Assembly (NCBI GenBank): GCA_951406725.2
Contig: OX597815.1
Location: 35,484,001 to 35,546,000 of the forward strand
Reading direction: 5' to 3'
DNA length: 62,000 nucleotides
Source of the DNA: Octopus vulgaris
Lineage: Eukaryota
Both the position numbers and the translations under genes were made by a program. The notes beneath the pieces are model-generated. The model saw nothing but the letters and a program-made list of their open reading frames with translations. It was not told the origin of the DNA and made no database searches. This document shows positions 13,626-33,760 of this stretch, piece by piece (position 1 is the first letter of the stretch; the number at the start of each line of letters is the position of its first letter).

Positions 13626-14212
13626 AAATGATGTTTCCACTCCCTCCCCCTCTCTCTCCCTTACTCTTTCTCTTCTTTTCCTCTCTCTCTCTCTCTCTCT
13701 CACTCTCCCTATTTCTTTCTCTTTCTCTCTCCCTTATACTCTTTCTCTTCTTTTTTCCTCTCTCTCCCTTTTTTCACTCGCTATTATAATGGGGTTTGCT
13801 CCTCGAATTTGGCATGTCTAGTAACACTCCTACTCAGACACACTCGACCAACTCTTCTCTCCACTTCCCGTCACCCTTGATTCATCCAACCACTTTTTCC
13901 CCTACCTAATCACTAACCCAATCCCTCGTCCTTCATACATTATCCCTAGGAACTTCCTCCCCATTCATATCTTTTCTACTGGTGTTGACCTGCAAGTGTT
14001 TAAACGGAACATTAACGACATCAAACTCATCAGTCTCAGGGACCTGCAAGGGGTCACAGGCCCTTTTCTTTGCTCCAGACTCAGCATGCAGAACAATGCC
14101 CCACTTTGATATATTGTTCATGCTTTATCATTCGCTCCTTTTGTCTTGTTTGTACTAATAATGCGTGTGTAAGAAAGAGAGAGAGAGAGCGTGTGTGTGT
14201 GTGTGCGCGCGC

Positions 14213-14277
<65 letters not shown>

Positions 14278-14672
14278 ACCCACCACTCGTCAGTCGTTGT
14301 TGGCTTGTTGACGTTCCCGTTGTACAGTGCGGTTCGGCAAAGAAACTGATAGAATAAGTACCAGGCTTTAAAAAAAATAAATGCTGGGGTTGATCTGCTC
14401 GACGAAAACCCTTCAGGGCAGAGCCCCACCCTCTCCTATATGGCTGCAGTCCAATAATGAAAGCAAGTAAAATTAGTTTCTTCTAATTAGGTTGATTAAT
14501 CTACAATTCGACGAGGTGGAAAATATGGCGATTTGAAGTTCATGACATTTCTAAGGATATTATTGGAGTAGATGAAATGAAATTGCTTGCAACCAAACAG
14601 TGGTCTTGACTCGGGACTAAGAAGCCTCTGCGTAGTCGCTCAACCTGCTAGAAATAGCAACCAAGTTTCTGG

Positions 14673-14990
14673 CATTCCGTCGGTTAATACGACGAGGGTT
14701 CCAGTTGATCCGATCAATGGAACAGCTTGCTCAAGAAATTAACGTGCAGCTGAATGAGTACTCCACAGACATGCGTACCCTTAACGTAGTTCTCAGGGAA
14801 ATTCAGCGTGACAAAGAATGTGATAAGTCTGGCCCTTTGAAATACAGGTGCTAGTCATTTTTGGCAGATGAGCGACTGAAGCAACATGAAATAAAGTGCT
14901 TTGTTCAAGGACACAACAAGTCCTGGGAATTGAACTCACGATCGTAAGGTCGTGAGCCGAATACCCTAACCACTAAGCCACGCGCCTTCA
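14673..14990 (-). mobile_element. tRNA-derived SINE (family 2)
   Basis: Reverse complement of the 28641 copy: head ggcgcgtggcttagtggttaggg, and body shared with 28641-28965. Confidence 0.8.
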
Positions 14991-15779
14991 CTCCGAATTT
15001 CTAATGCCTTAGAAAAATAGGCTTATTTGATAATTTGGTGTTGAAAAATGAATCGAGAATGGAAGGCATTTCATATAGATCGTCTCGATATTGGTTAAAC
15101 AGCTGGAAGTAAATATCGAACTCGAAATTTTTGGTTTGCTTTTGACAACATAGGAAGGTTCTGAATTTTAAGAGTAAGATTATCCATTGTTGTGATGTTC
15201 ATGCATCAACAAAAGAGTTTAGTAACAAGGTAGATAATCCTCAGCATATAACTGATACCTTTGAATCTCTAATGGCATATGTGGTGAATAAATATAATTC
15301 ATCATTCAGGATGATACGAACTCGGTACCTCATGTGGCCTGCTCTAAAACACCGAAGTTAAACGTCTCTAAAAATTTACTCCGATATCTACCATTCTCAC
15401 CAAACTCCCAATCTACAGAAAACACTTCTCAGAAAACATTCATACATTCATATGGATATACAAGAAATATGGGAAAGCATTGTATGTTAATATGTCAAAG
15501 ATTTAAAGGAAGATTGTGAATGTTATGTCGAGGAAACTTACTCAATATATTGGACTACTTCCAAATAAGATGAAGAATTTATTTCTATTTTCATTTGTTT
15601 ATTATTATCTTTTTTTTTTTTTTTAGATTTTTCACAGTTTCTCAGCATTATATTTTATTTGATTTGATGTTGCACTATAAATGAACTTGCAGTTATTTTA
15701 GTTAGGGACTTTTTTTTATCTTTTATTGGAAATATTCAACGCTTCTGAATATATCAATATATGTGTTAGTTTCTGTAAA

Positions 15780-18792
<3,013 letters not shown>

Positions 18793-19149
18793 ATGAACCT
18801 GTGCTATGCATGTATATTCAATAAATCACGAATTTATCTGGTATGGTTCTAAATATACCAATATTCGTATTTATTGTCTATATTTATGCTAGTAGCCGCT
18901 CAAAGTTATTTTTTTAAACTCATTTTCTTTTGATATTACAGACACACACACTCGTATAATTCTTATATATAGGCATGTATGTATATATAAGAATTTGATA
19001 AACTCTCGAGAGAACGGGAAATAATACTTTTTGGGAATAGTATTTCTCGAAGTGCACACGTAAAGCTATAAACAACAGAATGTAAATATTGGGTCGAAGA
19101 TCCCTTTGGGAGAGAAAAATTCGAAGGCATTTTCGACCAGAATACCAGT

Positions 19150-19385
19150 ACGCTTGGTGGTTAGGGTGTCAGCATCATGATCGTAAGATTGTGGTTTCGA
19201 TTCCTGGACCGGGCGACGCGTTGTGTTCTTGAGCAAAACACTTCATTTCACGTTGCTCCAGTCCACTCAGCTGGCAAAAATGAGTAACGCTGCGATGGAC
19301 TGGCGTCCTGTCCAGCTGGGGAACACATCCGCCATTGAAACCGGGAAACCAGGCCCATGTGCCTGGCTAGGCTTGAAAAGGGCGC
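19150..19385 (+). mobile_element. tRNA-derived SINE, family 2 head with an alternative tail
   Basis: Head ...ggtggttagggtgtc..gtttcgattcc, core gttgtgttcttgagcaaaacacttcattt, tail gatggactggcgtcctgtccag (related reverse copy at ~57820-57915). Confidence 0.7.
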
Positions 19386-19564
19386 ATTTATTTTATTATA
19401 TATATATATATATGAAGAATCTACTAGAGTAGATGCAAGCGCTAATATATGATTTATAAAAACATGTGACGTATTAATAAAAATCTGTAAATGTACAACC
19501 ATCCAGATTTCCGAGTACCTAATTTTTTCTAATATATAATACCTGTACATCACCTCCAAACCTA

Positions 19565-20255
<691 letters not shown>

Positions 20256-21299
20256 CATATATATATACATACATACATACATACATATATACATACATAC
20301 ATACATACATATATACGCACGCACACACACGCACGCGCACACACACACACACACACACAATCGTCACTAAATGACTGAGGGTGCAAGTCAGCACCAGCAA
20401 TGCTAGAAGTAAGAGTCAAAACAACTCTTGGTCCGTGGCTAAGAGCTGTTTTGACTCTTATTTCAAGCGGCGGTGATAGTGGTGCTTCTGATGGGGTAGT
20501 GGTAGAGTAAGAGGAGAGAAAAACGACTGCTAATTCGCTGACCATTTATGTTCTTAAATTCGGTGAAATCTCTTTAAAACGTACTAGAGGTGTCCGAGTT
20601 AACCGAATGTATGCGTTAATTGAAGATACGGATTAGTACTGTATGCCTAAACGCTATTGAAGACATCTATACTGTATGCTAGACATGATTGAGAGTAACA
20701 AGATTTCAGATAATATTGTAAACATCCTACAACAGCGGTATTTTTGGCTTTTAGTCAGGTCTCCAACCGGCTGACAAATATTGGCAGACTTGCTCTGTCA
20801 ACAAGAAACTCAGGCTATCGGAGCAGGATTCTGATTGTAACTTATATGATAAACAATGAAGCTGAGATCTGTATATTTTATAAACTTATTTAACTTTACA
20901 GTACGCCTAAACCAAAAAGTTTAAATGGTAAATGGTAGATGTGTTTGATGTCATGATGTCAGAGGCGGAGGTGAATATGAAAACTATGTTTCATTGACCC
21001 TAACCCCAACTTCGTAGAAGTATGGGATCAATGTGGAAGGTTTAGGTCAATAGCAGGTGAGTCAAGTCATCAATAACAACAGCAGGCTGTGTACTGCTAC
21101 AGCAGGGTTGGAGTGAATTGGCTTGAAAAATGAGTCAATTTCCGGTTGTTTCCCTTGCTGAAGAAACCATTTCTGGAGAATGAGTTCCCTGAAATCTCTA
21201 AGGAGTTGATGATATTACTGGATATAAGTTTCAGTATACGAAATATTAATATGCAGGAATTCCTGTATCACAGAATTTGAATTTCTTGGAAATTGATTC

Positions 21300-22770
<1,471 letters not shown>

Positions 22771-23595
22771 TAAAGCCAAAATGTTAAAACACAAGGCTAA
22801 TAGAAACCTAATCAACGAATATTGCATCTAGAGAACATGAACGGCATTTAAAGCTCCTATCTGCAACGAAGTTGCTATTCTAATTACTGGCCAATTTATA
22901 AGAGAAACATGATTCTGTTGAAACGTGACCAATTTCTCATCAGAATCTAAGAAATACAGTGTTCATATGACCAATTCCGATATTTTCTCATGTTTTGGAA
23001 GATCGACATAACATTAGTGCCCAGTGATTTGATAGGAAAAACAATGTCGGCTAACCATTTTAATGTATATTTTTTTTATCACTTCTGCTAATTCTTCAAT
23101 CAGCTTTGAGTGGATATTTAAGCAAAAATCAAGTCAGAACTTCTTACATTCATCAAACGAAATCAACCTGAGTCGAGAGTTTAAAATCTATTGAACCAAG
23201 AGAAAGCTTGAACCACATTGAAAATCAATCTTATGCTGGTTGACTTGCCATCTTGAAATCATCTATCACACAAGTACCAAGATACATGCATGAATATACT
23301 CAAAGACTCATTATCTGTTCCGATTTGTGAGCAGAACCAACCAAAAGGGACCAAAATAGTTTTAATGCCAACAACTTCATCACTGGTATATATTTTTGTA
23401 GAGCTTTTCTACACATATGTGATTATATTGAAAGAACTGTTACTGAAAATTCCGTCATTGAAAACTTTTACTGTTTCATGTGTTCTATAGAATGGCAAAA
23501 ATGTGGTCTACCCCATCTTTACCTATTGGTTTGGTTTAGTAAACCTATAACTGCGGTCACATTGATACCCGTACCATTTTACTGACAATTTGGCT

Positions 23596-23726
<131 letters not shown>

Positions 23727-24126
23727 TGTTTGTATGTGGGTATGCAACGATGAATTGATGTCAATGCGTTACAGCTGTTTCAAAAGAATTTTTTAATTGA
23801 TTAATGAATACATTGTATCATTATAAAAAAAAACTGTTTTCTTCAGATGAAAACATGAACTATACAATTAAGGACGTTTAAAAAATTTTTTAAACTCCAC
23901 GGCTTGTGCATATTTTGTGATTCCACAACGCTGGTCGCAGAATGAGTTTATAACCTGAATATCTTTCTGCTTTTACTTCGGTACCAATCTTTGTATTCGT
24001 CTATAGTTGCTGGGTATGCATTTTAATTTTGACTCAACCCGATGCCTTACCATTTAAATGCCTTATTCACCTGAATTTTAATATAGATAGATAGCTAGAA
24101 AGATATATATATATATATATATATAT

Positions 24127-24199
<73 letters not shown>

Positions 24200-25929
24200 C
24201 AGATAGACGGACAGACAGACAGACAGACACATACATACATACATACATACATACATACATACATACATACATACATACATACATACATGTGCGTGTGTAT
24301 TATGTATGTATATGTATCGAAAATTCATTCCACAGCATGATTATGTTTTTAAACATATTAATACTGCATGAAACTTTGAGTTCTAAGAGTACTTTTCGGT
24401 GTTTCTTTAAGTCACCTTTACACACGTATTTTACATTGTATGTGACAGCAACGACTGGACTATTTCAAAAACTATCATGATAATGGTATATTAAACACAT
24501 ACAATAGACGCATGCTGGTAATCCATATTAGATGAGTCACAAATCGTGACTTAACCTACCGGTAAAGTCACAACTAAACGATGTCTCGAGCTTTTTTACT
24601 GTATCTTGAGTAAGGGAGCCGTCTTGATTTTGTTCAGAGATTCAGCTGTAAATACAGTGAGAACTAACTCCGCTTTATCACCCCTGCTTCTATTGCATCG
24701 TTTCTCAGTTTTATACAAAAACTTTATTGCGATCAAATAATCCAGGTGACGCTGAGAATGAAGAACATAAAAACAGCTGGTTAGTCTTGCTGAGTTTCGT
24801 GATTAAAATCTGCCTACAGTTCCGAAACTGCAGTATGAATTGACTACAGTTATTGCTTCTTCACCGTTTCCTGTCCATATCACGCATGCTGACATCGTGT
24901 TAAACAATACAAGCTGTAAACAATTGCCACAATTATAAACTACCACTGCCATGGTTAACCGTGCTACACTTGATGGCTACATGACAAAATGTTAATATCT
25001 TTCAACAACGACAACGCAAGAACTTTATATTTTAAGGAGACATGAAATGGAGAATGATTTCCTTGATGGCAAAAGTGACACAAAAGAAATGATGTGAAGA
25101 AAAAAGAAATTAACAAGAACAGTTTCTATCATAAGCGCAAGGAAGCCATTAAGTCAAACCCAGTATTTGACTGATGGAATTCATTTTGTCGACAAAGGAG
25201 GGGGAAATGGCAGATCCTATCAGGCGAAATTTGAACTGAGAATGTAAAAACGTTTAAGAAAATATCGAAAAGCAATCTGTCAGCCTCCCTACCGTTTCTA
25301 CCAAATATGAAATTTTAAAAATGACATCAATTATGAGAAAAGTAATTTAAGTATCTTTACAAATGATTTCTAACAAAGGCATAAAAGTCACAAAATTGGT
25401 GTGAGTGGGGGATGTAGTCGATCAAATGGCGGTTTCAAATTTGAGGTACATGGTTTCAAATTTGGTTGGAGGTTATGATGGTTTAAATCGATTCCAGAAC
25501 TTGACTGTGGCTTTATTTTATCGAACTTTGCAGGATAAAAGTCAAAATTAATGAAAATAATAATAGTAATAAATAATGTATATATAAATATATTTAAGTA
25601 CAAAACCAGTGAATTTTAATGGGATGTATAAGTTGATTTTAGGCTTTGTGCTTATAATAAAAGGTATTATTATTATTGAGTGAGGGGCATTGTATACCAT
25701 CAAAGTGATACTGGGGTAAAATATCTGAATCCCAGTATAGCCATCATGACTACCCGTCTAATCGGGGTACACCAGGCACACGAATCACAACTATATGACC
25801 TTGCAGGTGAGACCCAGTTAGAATTTTCTTCGGGTCGAATAGCCCATCCCGCTTAAAAGGTCCCTGCATAAGGGTTGTTTAACTATGTTTAACGATATAC
25901 CCACTACTACAGGTGCTGTTGTTGCTGCA

Positions 25930-27130
25930 GGCATTCTAGCTTCTATTATTCTGTCAGTCTGAATGTTAAGATCCCACATCTTATAGTTCTTACTTTCTAG
26001 CGCTTTACTAGAATCACTTTCATACCACTTATCAGTATGATCACATCCTAGCTTTCTAAATAACTCCCAGTGGACGATTCTCCCTAGGTTTCATGTCCTT
26101 TTTGTAGTTCTTCTGTACCAGCATACTACATTCACTAGCTATACGAGTGACACCTTCCTCCTTTAAGTTACATAACCTACACTGGAAATCTACCTAATTA
26201 TTAATCTCCCTCGGTTTTTATCTAGTTAGTCCTCAATACCTGATCTTGTGCTGCTACTAACAAACTTTCTGTTTCTCTTTTCAACCTTCCTTTCTGCAAC
26301 CACAATCATTACTATTTTCTGCAAATATCTTTGCAAATCTACAATGCAAAGCCTTCTCTAACCAGTCAGATGATCTTGCTTCCTTTTTCCGGTTTCTAAC
26401 TGCATTTGACTTTTTGGTTTCCCTATCTCCTACTTTTACACTAGCAGCTCTTGATAAGATTTCCTCACTCTTACCTGCATAGGAGGCTATATCTACTGAT
26501 ATTTAACTTCTTCCACCTTCTTTTCTAGATAAATGTAACCTTGCTACTCCTACTCTAGGGTGAACTCCTTCATTCATACTGAATTCTTTCCTAGTTTTTC
26601 TGCCTATATCTGCTAATTTAAGTTTTGCCCAATTTACAAAACCTGCTGACTAAGTAACGATACTGCCCAAATATTTACAGCCTTCACTAGATTCGGACCA
26701 TTTAACTTCGACTTCATTAATTTCGTCATCCTTCTAATTTACTCCTCAACTATCTCTTTCATTTCTATAGTTAGTACTCTGTCAGATTCTAAAACTCCGA
26801 GATACTTCTAACTTTCACCTTCTTTAAACGATTTTAATGTCTGGTCATCTGGTAACTGAAGGCCTTCACTGCTGACTACCTGTTCTTTTTTATGACTAAT
26901 ATCACGTTCTTATCTATGCCAAATTCCAGGGCTACCTTGTCGTGACTGTGCTTTTACTCTTTCTGCACAAAACTGCCACAAGCGCTAACGATGTGAGACC
27001 TTCTTCCTACACATTCTGAAGAGGTTCGTTTCACTTATGTGGTATCCCTTTTCACTGACTTGGTATTCAATGCCTGGCCCTGGGCAGCGATGTTCAAGCT
27101 TTCAGTGCTCTTTTTAAGGTCACCTTTGCT
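25930..27130 (-). mobile_element. Old R4/Dong-clade LINE remnant (RT thumb to RLE)
   Basis: Fragments LEFGIDK..EGLQLPDDQTLK..KYLGVLE..KSKLNGPNLVKAVNIWAV and IVHWEL..KWYE..WDLNIQTDRIIEAR. Confidence 0.7.
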
Positions 27131-27686
27131 GAGCCACATTGTTGTTAGTTTAAGTTGTTAGTTTAGCGATGAAAGATAAAACTGACCATGTAGTTCCATT
27201 CGGAGTAGTGCTTCTTCTCTCTCGTTGGCTATTCGTGAACGGAATTCATTTGCACTCTCAACTTCATTGTTGGTAAAACCTTCTGCATTAACAGCAGGTT
27301 CTGAGTTCAAATTCTGCCGAGGCTGATGTTGCCAGACATCTTTTCGGGGTCGATAAAAATAAGTAGCAGTTGAACACTGGGATCGATGCAGTCGACTTAC
27401 CCCCTCTCCTTCAAGAATTGCTGGACCTATGTACCAAAATTTGAAACCACTATTATTATTAGTCGCTGCTGACCGAAGCATGTGTTAATTACAAGTTGCT
27501 CTCTCGGAAACAAAGGGTTTTAACTAATAAAGAGTTTTGTTTTGATTTCTTCTGTCTTTTTTTTTCTACCAAAACTAATCGCATAGAGATAACTTCCTAA
27601 AAATTGGAATCTCCACCTACTAGAGTTGGGAAAAGAAAAACTAAGATTTGTGCTTCAATTTTTGAACCAAGTTTTTCTATAATATT

Positions 27687-27803
<117 letters not shown>

Positions 27804-28640
27804 GGCTACGAATGTTCTGAGTGACGCCCCCAAAAAGAAAACTGATAATTAACAAAATAACACATTTCATTAAACAGAATACAGACAGGAAAAGATTAGT
27901 ATGTTGATCGCACAGCAAAATATTAATGGTGATCATGATCAAAAACAAAACACTATTTTAACATCCAGTTTGAATATCTCTGCTGAAAATGCCGACAAAA
28001 ACAACAACAGCTCTGTCACATACACACTGTCTTTGTCAAACGAAAGCATTTCGACGTTATCGCCTAGTAACAGCATCTTCGCTAGTATTTTAAATAATAC
28101 AGAATTCCTGGACATGAAACTTTTTTTTGTAGAAAAAAGTCAATTTGGAAAAGACACGTTTCTCAAAACAGCATCTCACTCGTCGAGTAAGCAAAGAAAA
28201 ATGTAGTCTACTTCTATTTCTTAAAAGATGGAGAATATTTTCAAATACTCTCAAAAGTACAGTTGGTTTAATCAACAGTTCTCTGTCCCTAATTTGTGAC
28301 ATTGTCCCTAAATTAGAAATAATTATATACTAGTGGGAGCCTGGGAAATTCCACAGAATGAAACAGATTAAGAGAAGATACTTAAGAGAGAAAGGATGAT
28401 TTGCATTTTCATTTTTATTTGGCTAAGTTATTTCACTTCTAGTCATAATAATGATATATTAGAGGATTTTAAGATTCCTCTCTTCTAGGCACTTTAACAT
28501 TTCTCTCTTTCTCTTCACCTCTCACTTCCACTAACTCTCTCTCACTCTCTATCTCTCTCTTAATGTAACTGCCTCCCTTGCCCATCTCCCTTTATCTGCC
28601 TTTTTTTAACCTCACCACCAGAACATTACTCTCTGATAGT

Positions 28641-28965
28641 GAAGGCGCGTGGCTTAGTGGTTAGGGCATTCGGCTCATGATCGTAAGGTTGTGAGTTCGA
28701 TTCCCGGCGACGCGTTGTGTCCTTGAGCAAGACACTTCATTTCACGCTGCTCTAATCTACTCAGCTAGCAAAAATGAGTTGTACCTGTAATTCAAGGGGC
28801 CAGCCTTGTCACACTCTGTGTCACGCTGAATCGCCTTGCGAACTACGTTAAGGGTACACGTGTCTGTAGAATGCTCAGCCATTTGCACGTTAATTTCACG
28901 AGCAAGCTGTTCCGTTGATCGTATCAGCTGGGACTCTCGTCGTCGTAACCGACGGAGTGCTCCTT
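28641..28965 (+). mobile_element. tRNA-derived SINE (family 2)
   Basis: A box TGGCTTAGTGG, B box GTTCGATTCC, core gttgtgtccttgagcaagacacttcatttc; related copies at 14673, 19150 and 34918. Confidence 0.85.
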
Positions 28966-29299
28966 TCCTCTCTGATAAGTATTGTATCCCCAACATATCT
29001 CTTTTCCTTTGCCTTTCCTTAAAGTATGACAGCAGAGCAATGATAAAACCAAACAATACTAAATGCGGCGGAGACATGTCTATATCGTAAGACGCATGCT
29101 TCCCAACCACAGGGTTCCCAGTTTAGTCCCACTACATTGGACCTTGAGCAAGTTTCTTCTATAACCCCGGGCAGACCAAAGCCTTGAGCAGATTTGTCGA
29201 CAGAAACTGAAAGTCTGTCATATGTGTGTGGAGTGGGGTGTTATATAGATATAGATGTATATGATGATGGACTCTCCTGACGTGTTCGACGTATGAGGC

Positions 29300-32270
29300 T
29301 CCGACAACGTACTCTTTCTTTGCCATTCATAATGCCTATATCGAATGTGACATTTAAGTCACGTCAACGATTTGCAAAAAAGGCCACAGATGTTACAAGT
29401 ATGAGGATTACAGGTCAGTGCAGATGATATATTTGCAGCCGCTTTTTTCCTTTGCCTTGCACCCCGAAGCCTGTTAATGCTGGTTGCAACAAAGTTTTTA
29501 ATACAATTTTAATTTTGACACAACGATCTCCATTTTGTTCGTCCCGAGGCTGTTCACTCAAAGGTGTTGTGAGCTATCTTCATCTCTAAGACGTTACTCT
29601 TCAGCTTGTCCTTATATCTGATCCATGGTCGACCAATATTCCTGTGCTCACTCTCAGGCAGGCTGTACATGAGGACTTTGGATATTCTTTCGTTACTCAT
29701 TCTAACGATATGGCCAACCCAGCGCAATTGGAAGCTCTCAATTCCACCAATCTTACACTTGCTAAACAAGTCGGCATTAGAAACTTTGTCTTTAGGGAAT
29801 AACCGCAGATTGTCCTCAAACAGTCTTTGTAGAAGATGTCCAGTTGGTTAATGTGTCATCTAAAGGGTATCCACGATTCTGAGCCATACAAGAGAGTAGT
29901 AAGGATGGCTACTTTATAGACCTGTACTTTGGTGTCAAGAAGTTTCATGCTCCTTTCATTCCCTAGGCGATGACAGAGTTTGCCAAGTGCGCTGGGTGCC
30001 TTTGCAAGACGGTTGGCGATTTCATCATCAATGGAAGCACTCAAATTCACTTTACTACCAAGATATGTAAACGGCTTCACATAATTTAGGCTTTTTTCCA
30101 TCAACCTGTATAGGAGTGTCAGGGAAATTGTGAACCGGTGGCTTCAACTTGACACCTCGAATTTGTTTAGGAATAGGGCAAGGCTGGTGTCTTCCGTCTT
30201 CTTTATGCTGATGGTCAGACCAAAGGCTAATGTGTCATTTTCTGTTAAGGAGTAACTTAGCGATTCGATAAACACGAAATGACAAAATAAGTGCCTATTT
30301 GAAATAAGAATAAGGGGTGATATTCTTTTCTACTCTAGGCACAAGGCTCGAAATTTTGGAAGAGTAGCTAGTCGATTAGATCGCCCCCAGTATGCAGCTA
30401 GTACTTAATTTATCGACCCTGAAAGGATGAGAAGCAAAGTCGACCTCGGCAGAAAACCGGTCTAGAAATTCCTGGGCTTCCTCTAAGGATGTCGCTACTA
30501 GTGCAGCAGCATCTGCAAAATGTAGATAACGAATGATACTGATGTGTAGCAGTGGTCTGGCTTTGAAACGCTGATGATTGAATAGTCCACTACTTGTTCG
30601 AAGCTGGAATTTGATACTACTTTGTACGTAGTCAAAAGTATACCTCAGCGTCACCGAAAAACAAAGAGTGCAAACAAAACAGAGGCCATAACACAATCTT
30701 GCTTTGTGCCGTTTTATAACGTCGAAGGAAGCCGAAGATTCCCCACCAGACACGACAGCAGCCTTCATTCCTTCATGAAAAGAGACGATAACATTCAACA
30801 TCTTGTCAGGTATACCAAGCTTTTCCAGAACTTTCCATAGTGCTTGCCAGTTAACAGTGTTGAAGGCCTTAGTAAGGTCAATGAATGCCATGAACAACTC
30901 TTGTACCTTCTCCATGACTTGTCGGAGGTAAAAGATCATGTCGATAGTGCCACGACCAGAGCGAAATCCGCACTGTGATTCTGGGTAGACATCATTTACA
31001 ACGTGTTTGATGATCCTGTTGAGAATGAGCCGAGCAAGAATCTTACCAGCAAAAGACAGAAGCGATATTCCACGGTGGTTATCACAGACACTTCTGTTTC
31101 CTTTGTTCTTTTAAAGATGTTGAATCGAAGCATCCTTGAAGTCCTGTGGTACACGGCCTACCATCCAAATCTTTATGAAGAGATCATGCAAATTCTCAAA
31201 AGCGTCTTTCCACCATGTTTGTAGATTTCAGAAGGAATAACATCCCTGCAAGGTGCTTTACCAGAAGAGATCTGTTTAATAAAGTTTACCACTTCCAGAA
31301 AGGTTGGCTCCAGAGACAGTTCCGGTATTTCAGTTTCCAGGAAGGTTGTCTCCAGAGACAGTTCCGGTTTTTTAGTGTGCTGTGGGACAGATATTATGAC
31401 GTCATCATTAGTGACTGAGGTGGAGTTCAACACGGCTTCCAAGTGATCTTTCCATCGTTTCAAGATGTGAGATTTGTCGGTCAGCAGTGTCTCTCTATTC
31501 GATGAAAAATTAGGAGTAACACTGTGCTCTTGAGGATCATTCACTTTCTTGAGGCCATCATAAAAGGCTTTAGAATCCTTTCTGTCTGCAGCTTCTTGGA
31601 GGTCAGTAGCCTTGAAAGACCACCAAGCCTCCTTCATCTGTCTAAGAGCATGTTACACCTGGCCTCTGCATTTCTTGCAGGTATTCTCTTTTCTGGATGA
31701 GCTCTTATCATTTATCCATGTTTTGTAAAAGTTGTGCATTTTATCTATCAACTGTTGGACATCTGTGTTGTTATTGTTGAACCAATATTGATGTTTACGA
31801 ACAGGAATTTCAAGAATCTCTACAGATGCAGTGTGCGTTGCATCACGCAAAACTTTCCAAGATGATTCTATGTCATCATTGATATCAACAATGTTGAGTG
31901 CAGTGTCCAACTTGATAGAGAGTTCAGCCTACTTTTCAACAGTTTCCAAAGGCAGAACATTAATGTGCTTAGGCACTGATGACTTTTGTAGTCTTGTGTG
32001 TTTCTGATGGAACGTAACCTTACTACGGAGAAGAGAATGGTCAGTGATATAGCAGGCGTTATGAAAAGAACGTGTAATGTTAAAGTTCCTAATATCTCGT
32101 TTCTTAGTGATAACATAGTCTATGAGATGCCAATCCTTAGATCTAGGATGCATCCAGGTCATCTTGCAATCATTTTGCTGTTGAAAAAAAGGTATTTGTG
32201 GTGCTTAGACTGAATTCTCTGCAGATGGAGAGCACACGCAGACCGCTGGAGTGATGATAACACGAATATG
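29300..32270 (-). mobile_element. Degenerate RTE (BovB-like) LINE ORF: endonuclease end, RT, C-terminal zinc finger
   Basis: TWMHPRSKDWHLIDY, PESQCGFRSGRGTIDMIF, AFIDLTKAFNTV, FADA (YADD site), FTYLGS, LLYGSESW, QLRWVGHIVRM, CNICG..H; multiple stops and frameshifts; interrupted at ~30232-30455 by an insertion containing a SINE. Confidence 0.9.
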
Positions 32271-32541
32271 GTGCACATATGTGCCACGATACCAAGAACA
32301 ACACACCTCGGGCTTTTCTTCAGAGGTTTTCATCTCCTAGACGAGCCACTATAAACAAACTGAAGAGCCTAGTCTACCCTATGGGTCAGAGTTTGCTGAC
32401 AATATACAGCTTGTTAAGGAGACCCTCAGCAACAAAAGACCTGGTTTTATATCTGCGTATCCCTCTCCTAGATGGGATGCCTTCACCACTGTTAAGGAGG
32501 GCCATCTTCCCCCTAATATATAGAATTGAATACATCAGAAA

Positions 32542-32582
<41 letters not shown>

Positions 32583-32636
32583 GGCGGTGCCCCAGCATGG
32601 CCACAGCTCATTAGCTGAAACTGGAAAAATCAAAAT

Positions 32637-32735
<99 letters not shown>

Positions 32736-33760
32736 TGTGTTGTTTTTGTATGTATGTATACACACATACGTATGTGTGTGTGTTAGCGTTTGTGTTTGTG
32801 TACCACTATCACTGGAACGACAGATGTTCGTTTGTTTATGCTTAGTAACCTAGCGGTTCGGTCAAAGGGACCGATAGACTAAAACCCTTCAAGTGTTTCC
32901 CCAGCATGGCTACATTCCAGTAACTGAAACAAGTGAAAGAAGAAAAGGATGAAAGAATATATATTCCATCTTCCGTCTTTCATTTGCCGTGTGTGTGTGT
33001 GTGGTGGGGTGCGTGTGTCCATATATAAACGTATATTTACATATACGTGTCTGGATTGTCAATCAGTGGGCGCGAGACCCTACAGCCAGATCCGAGAACT
33101 ATAAATGGCCTGTTATCTCTCTATTCTCCATTTTTTCAATTTAAGGTGCTGCAAACAATTATGGTTTCTGATCACAGTGAGACTAAAACTTTAGCACCCA
33201 CTTATTGACAAACCAGACATGCCTTATCTTCTTGTCAAAAACTCCATTACTCGATTTGGATATATTTATGTAAACTAATTTTTATCTTCTTATCATTGTA
33301 AAACATTTTATTACTTAATCTCAATGTTTTTATGTAAACTATTTATTGACTCATCACAGAGGATATGCAAAGCCTCAAACTTATATATATATATATCATG
33401 TGATCGACCAGATTATCGGATTTTCACAATGCTAGCTTTCGAATGATACTAGCTTTCGAATGACTAGGCGAACAGGACAACATTCCCCACTGATCGGAAG
33501 ACTAATCCGCCACGGGGTTGCCCACTTACTGTTGAGTGGACCGGAGCAACGTGAAGTGAAGTGTTTTGTTCAAGAGCACAACACGATCACTAGATCGTAA
33601 GTGCAACATCTTGACCACTGGGCCACGCACCTGCACACACACAACACACACACACACATGGTTGCACCGATAACCAGCTGACGGAGAATCTGCCTGCGGT
33701 TAAACTAGTAGTAACATGGAATAGCCATTTTGATGTAGCGACTGACTTTATATATATATA

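Noticed and set aside
22915-22945. CTGATGA-GAAA..TTTC on the minus strand
   Set aside because: No GAAA/NUH follows helix II, so the catalytic core is incomplete.
27901-28206. 101-aa S/N/T-rich ORF
   Set aside because: Low complexity, no recognisable domain and no convincing splice context.
28641-28712. tRNA gene candidates here and at 14920-14990, 19150 and 34918
   Set aside because: A and B boxes are present, but the acceptor stems do not pair properly, the anticodon loops differ between copies, and each continues into a SINE body.
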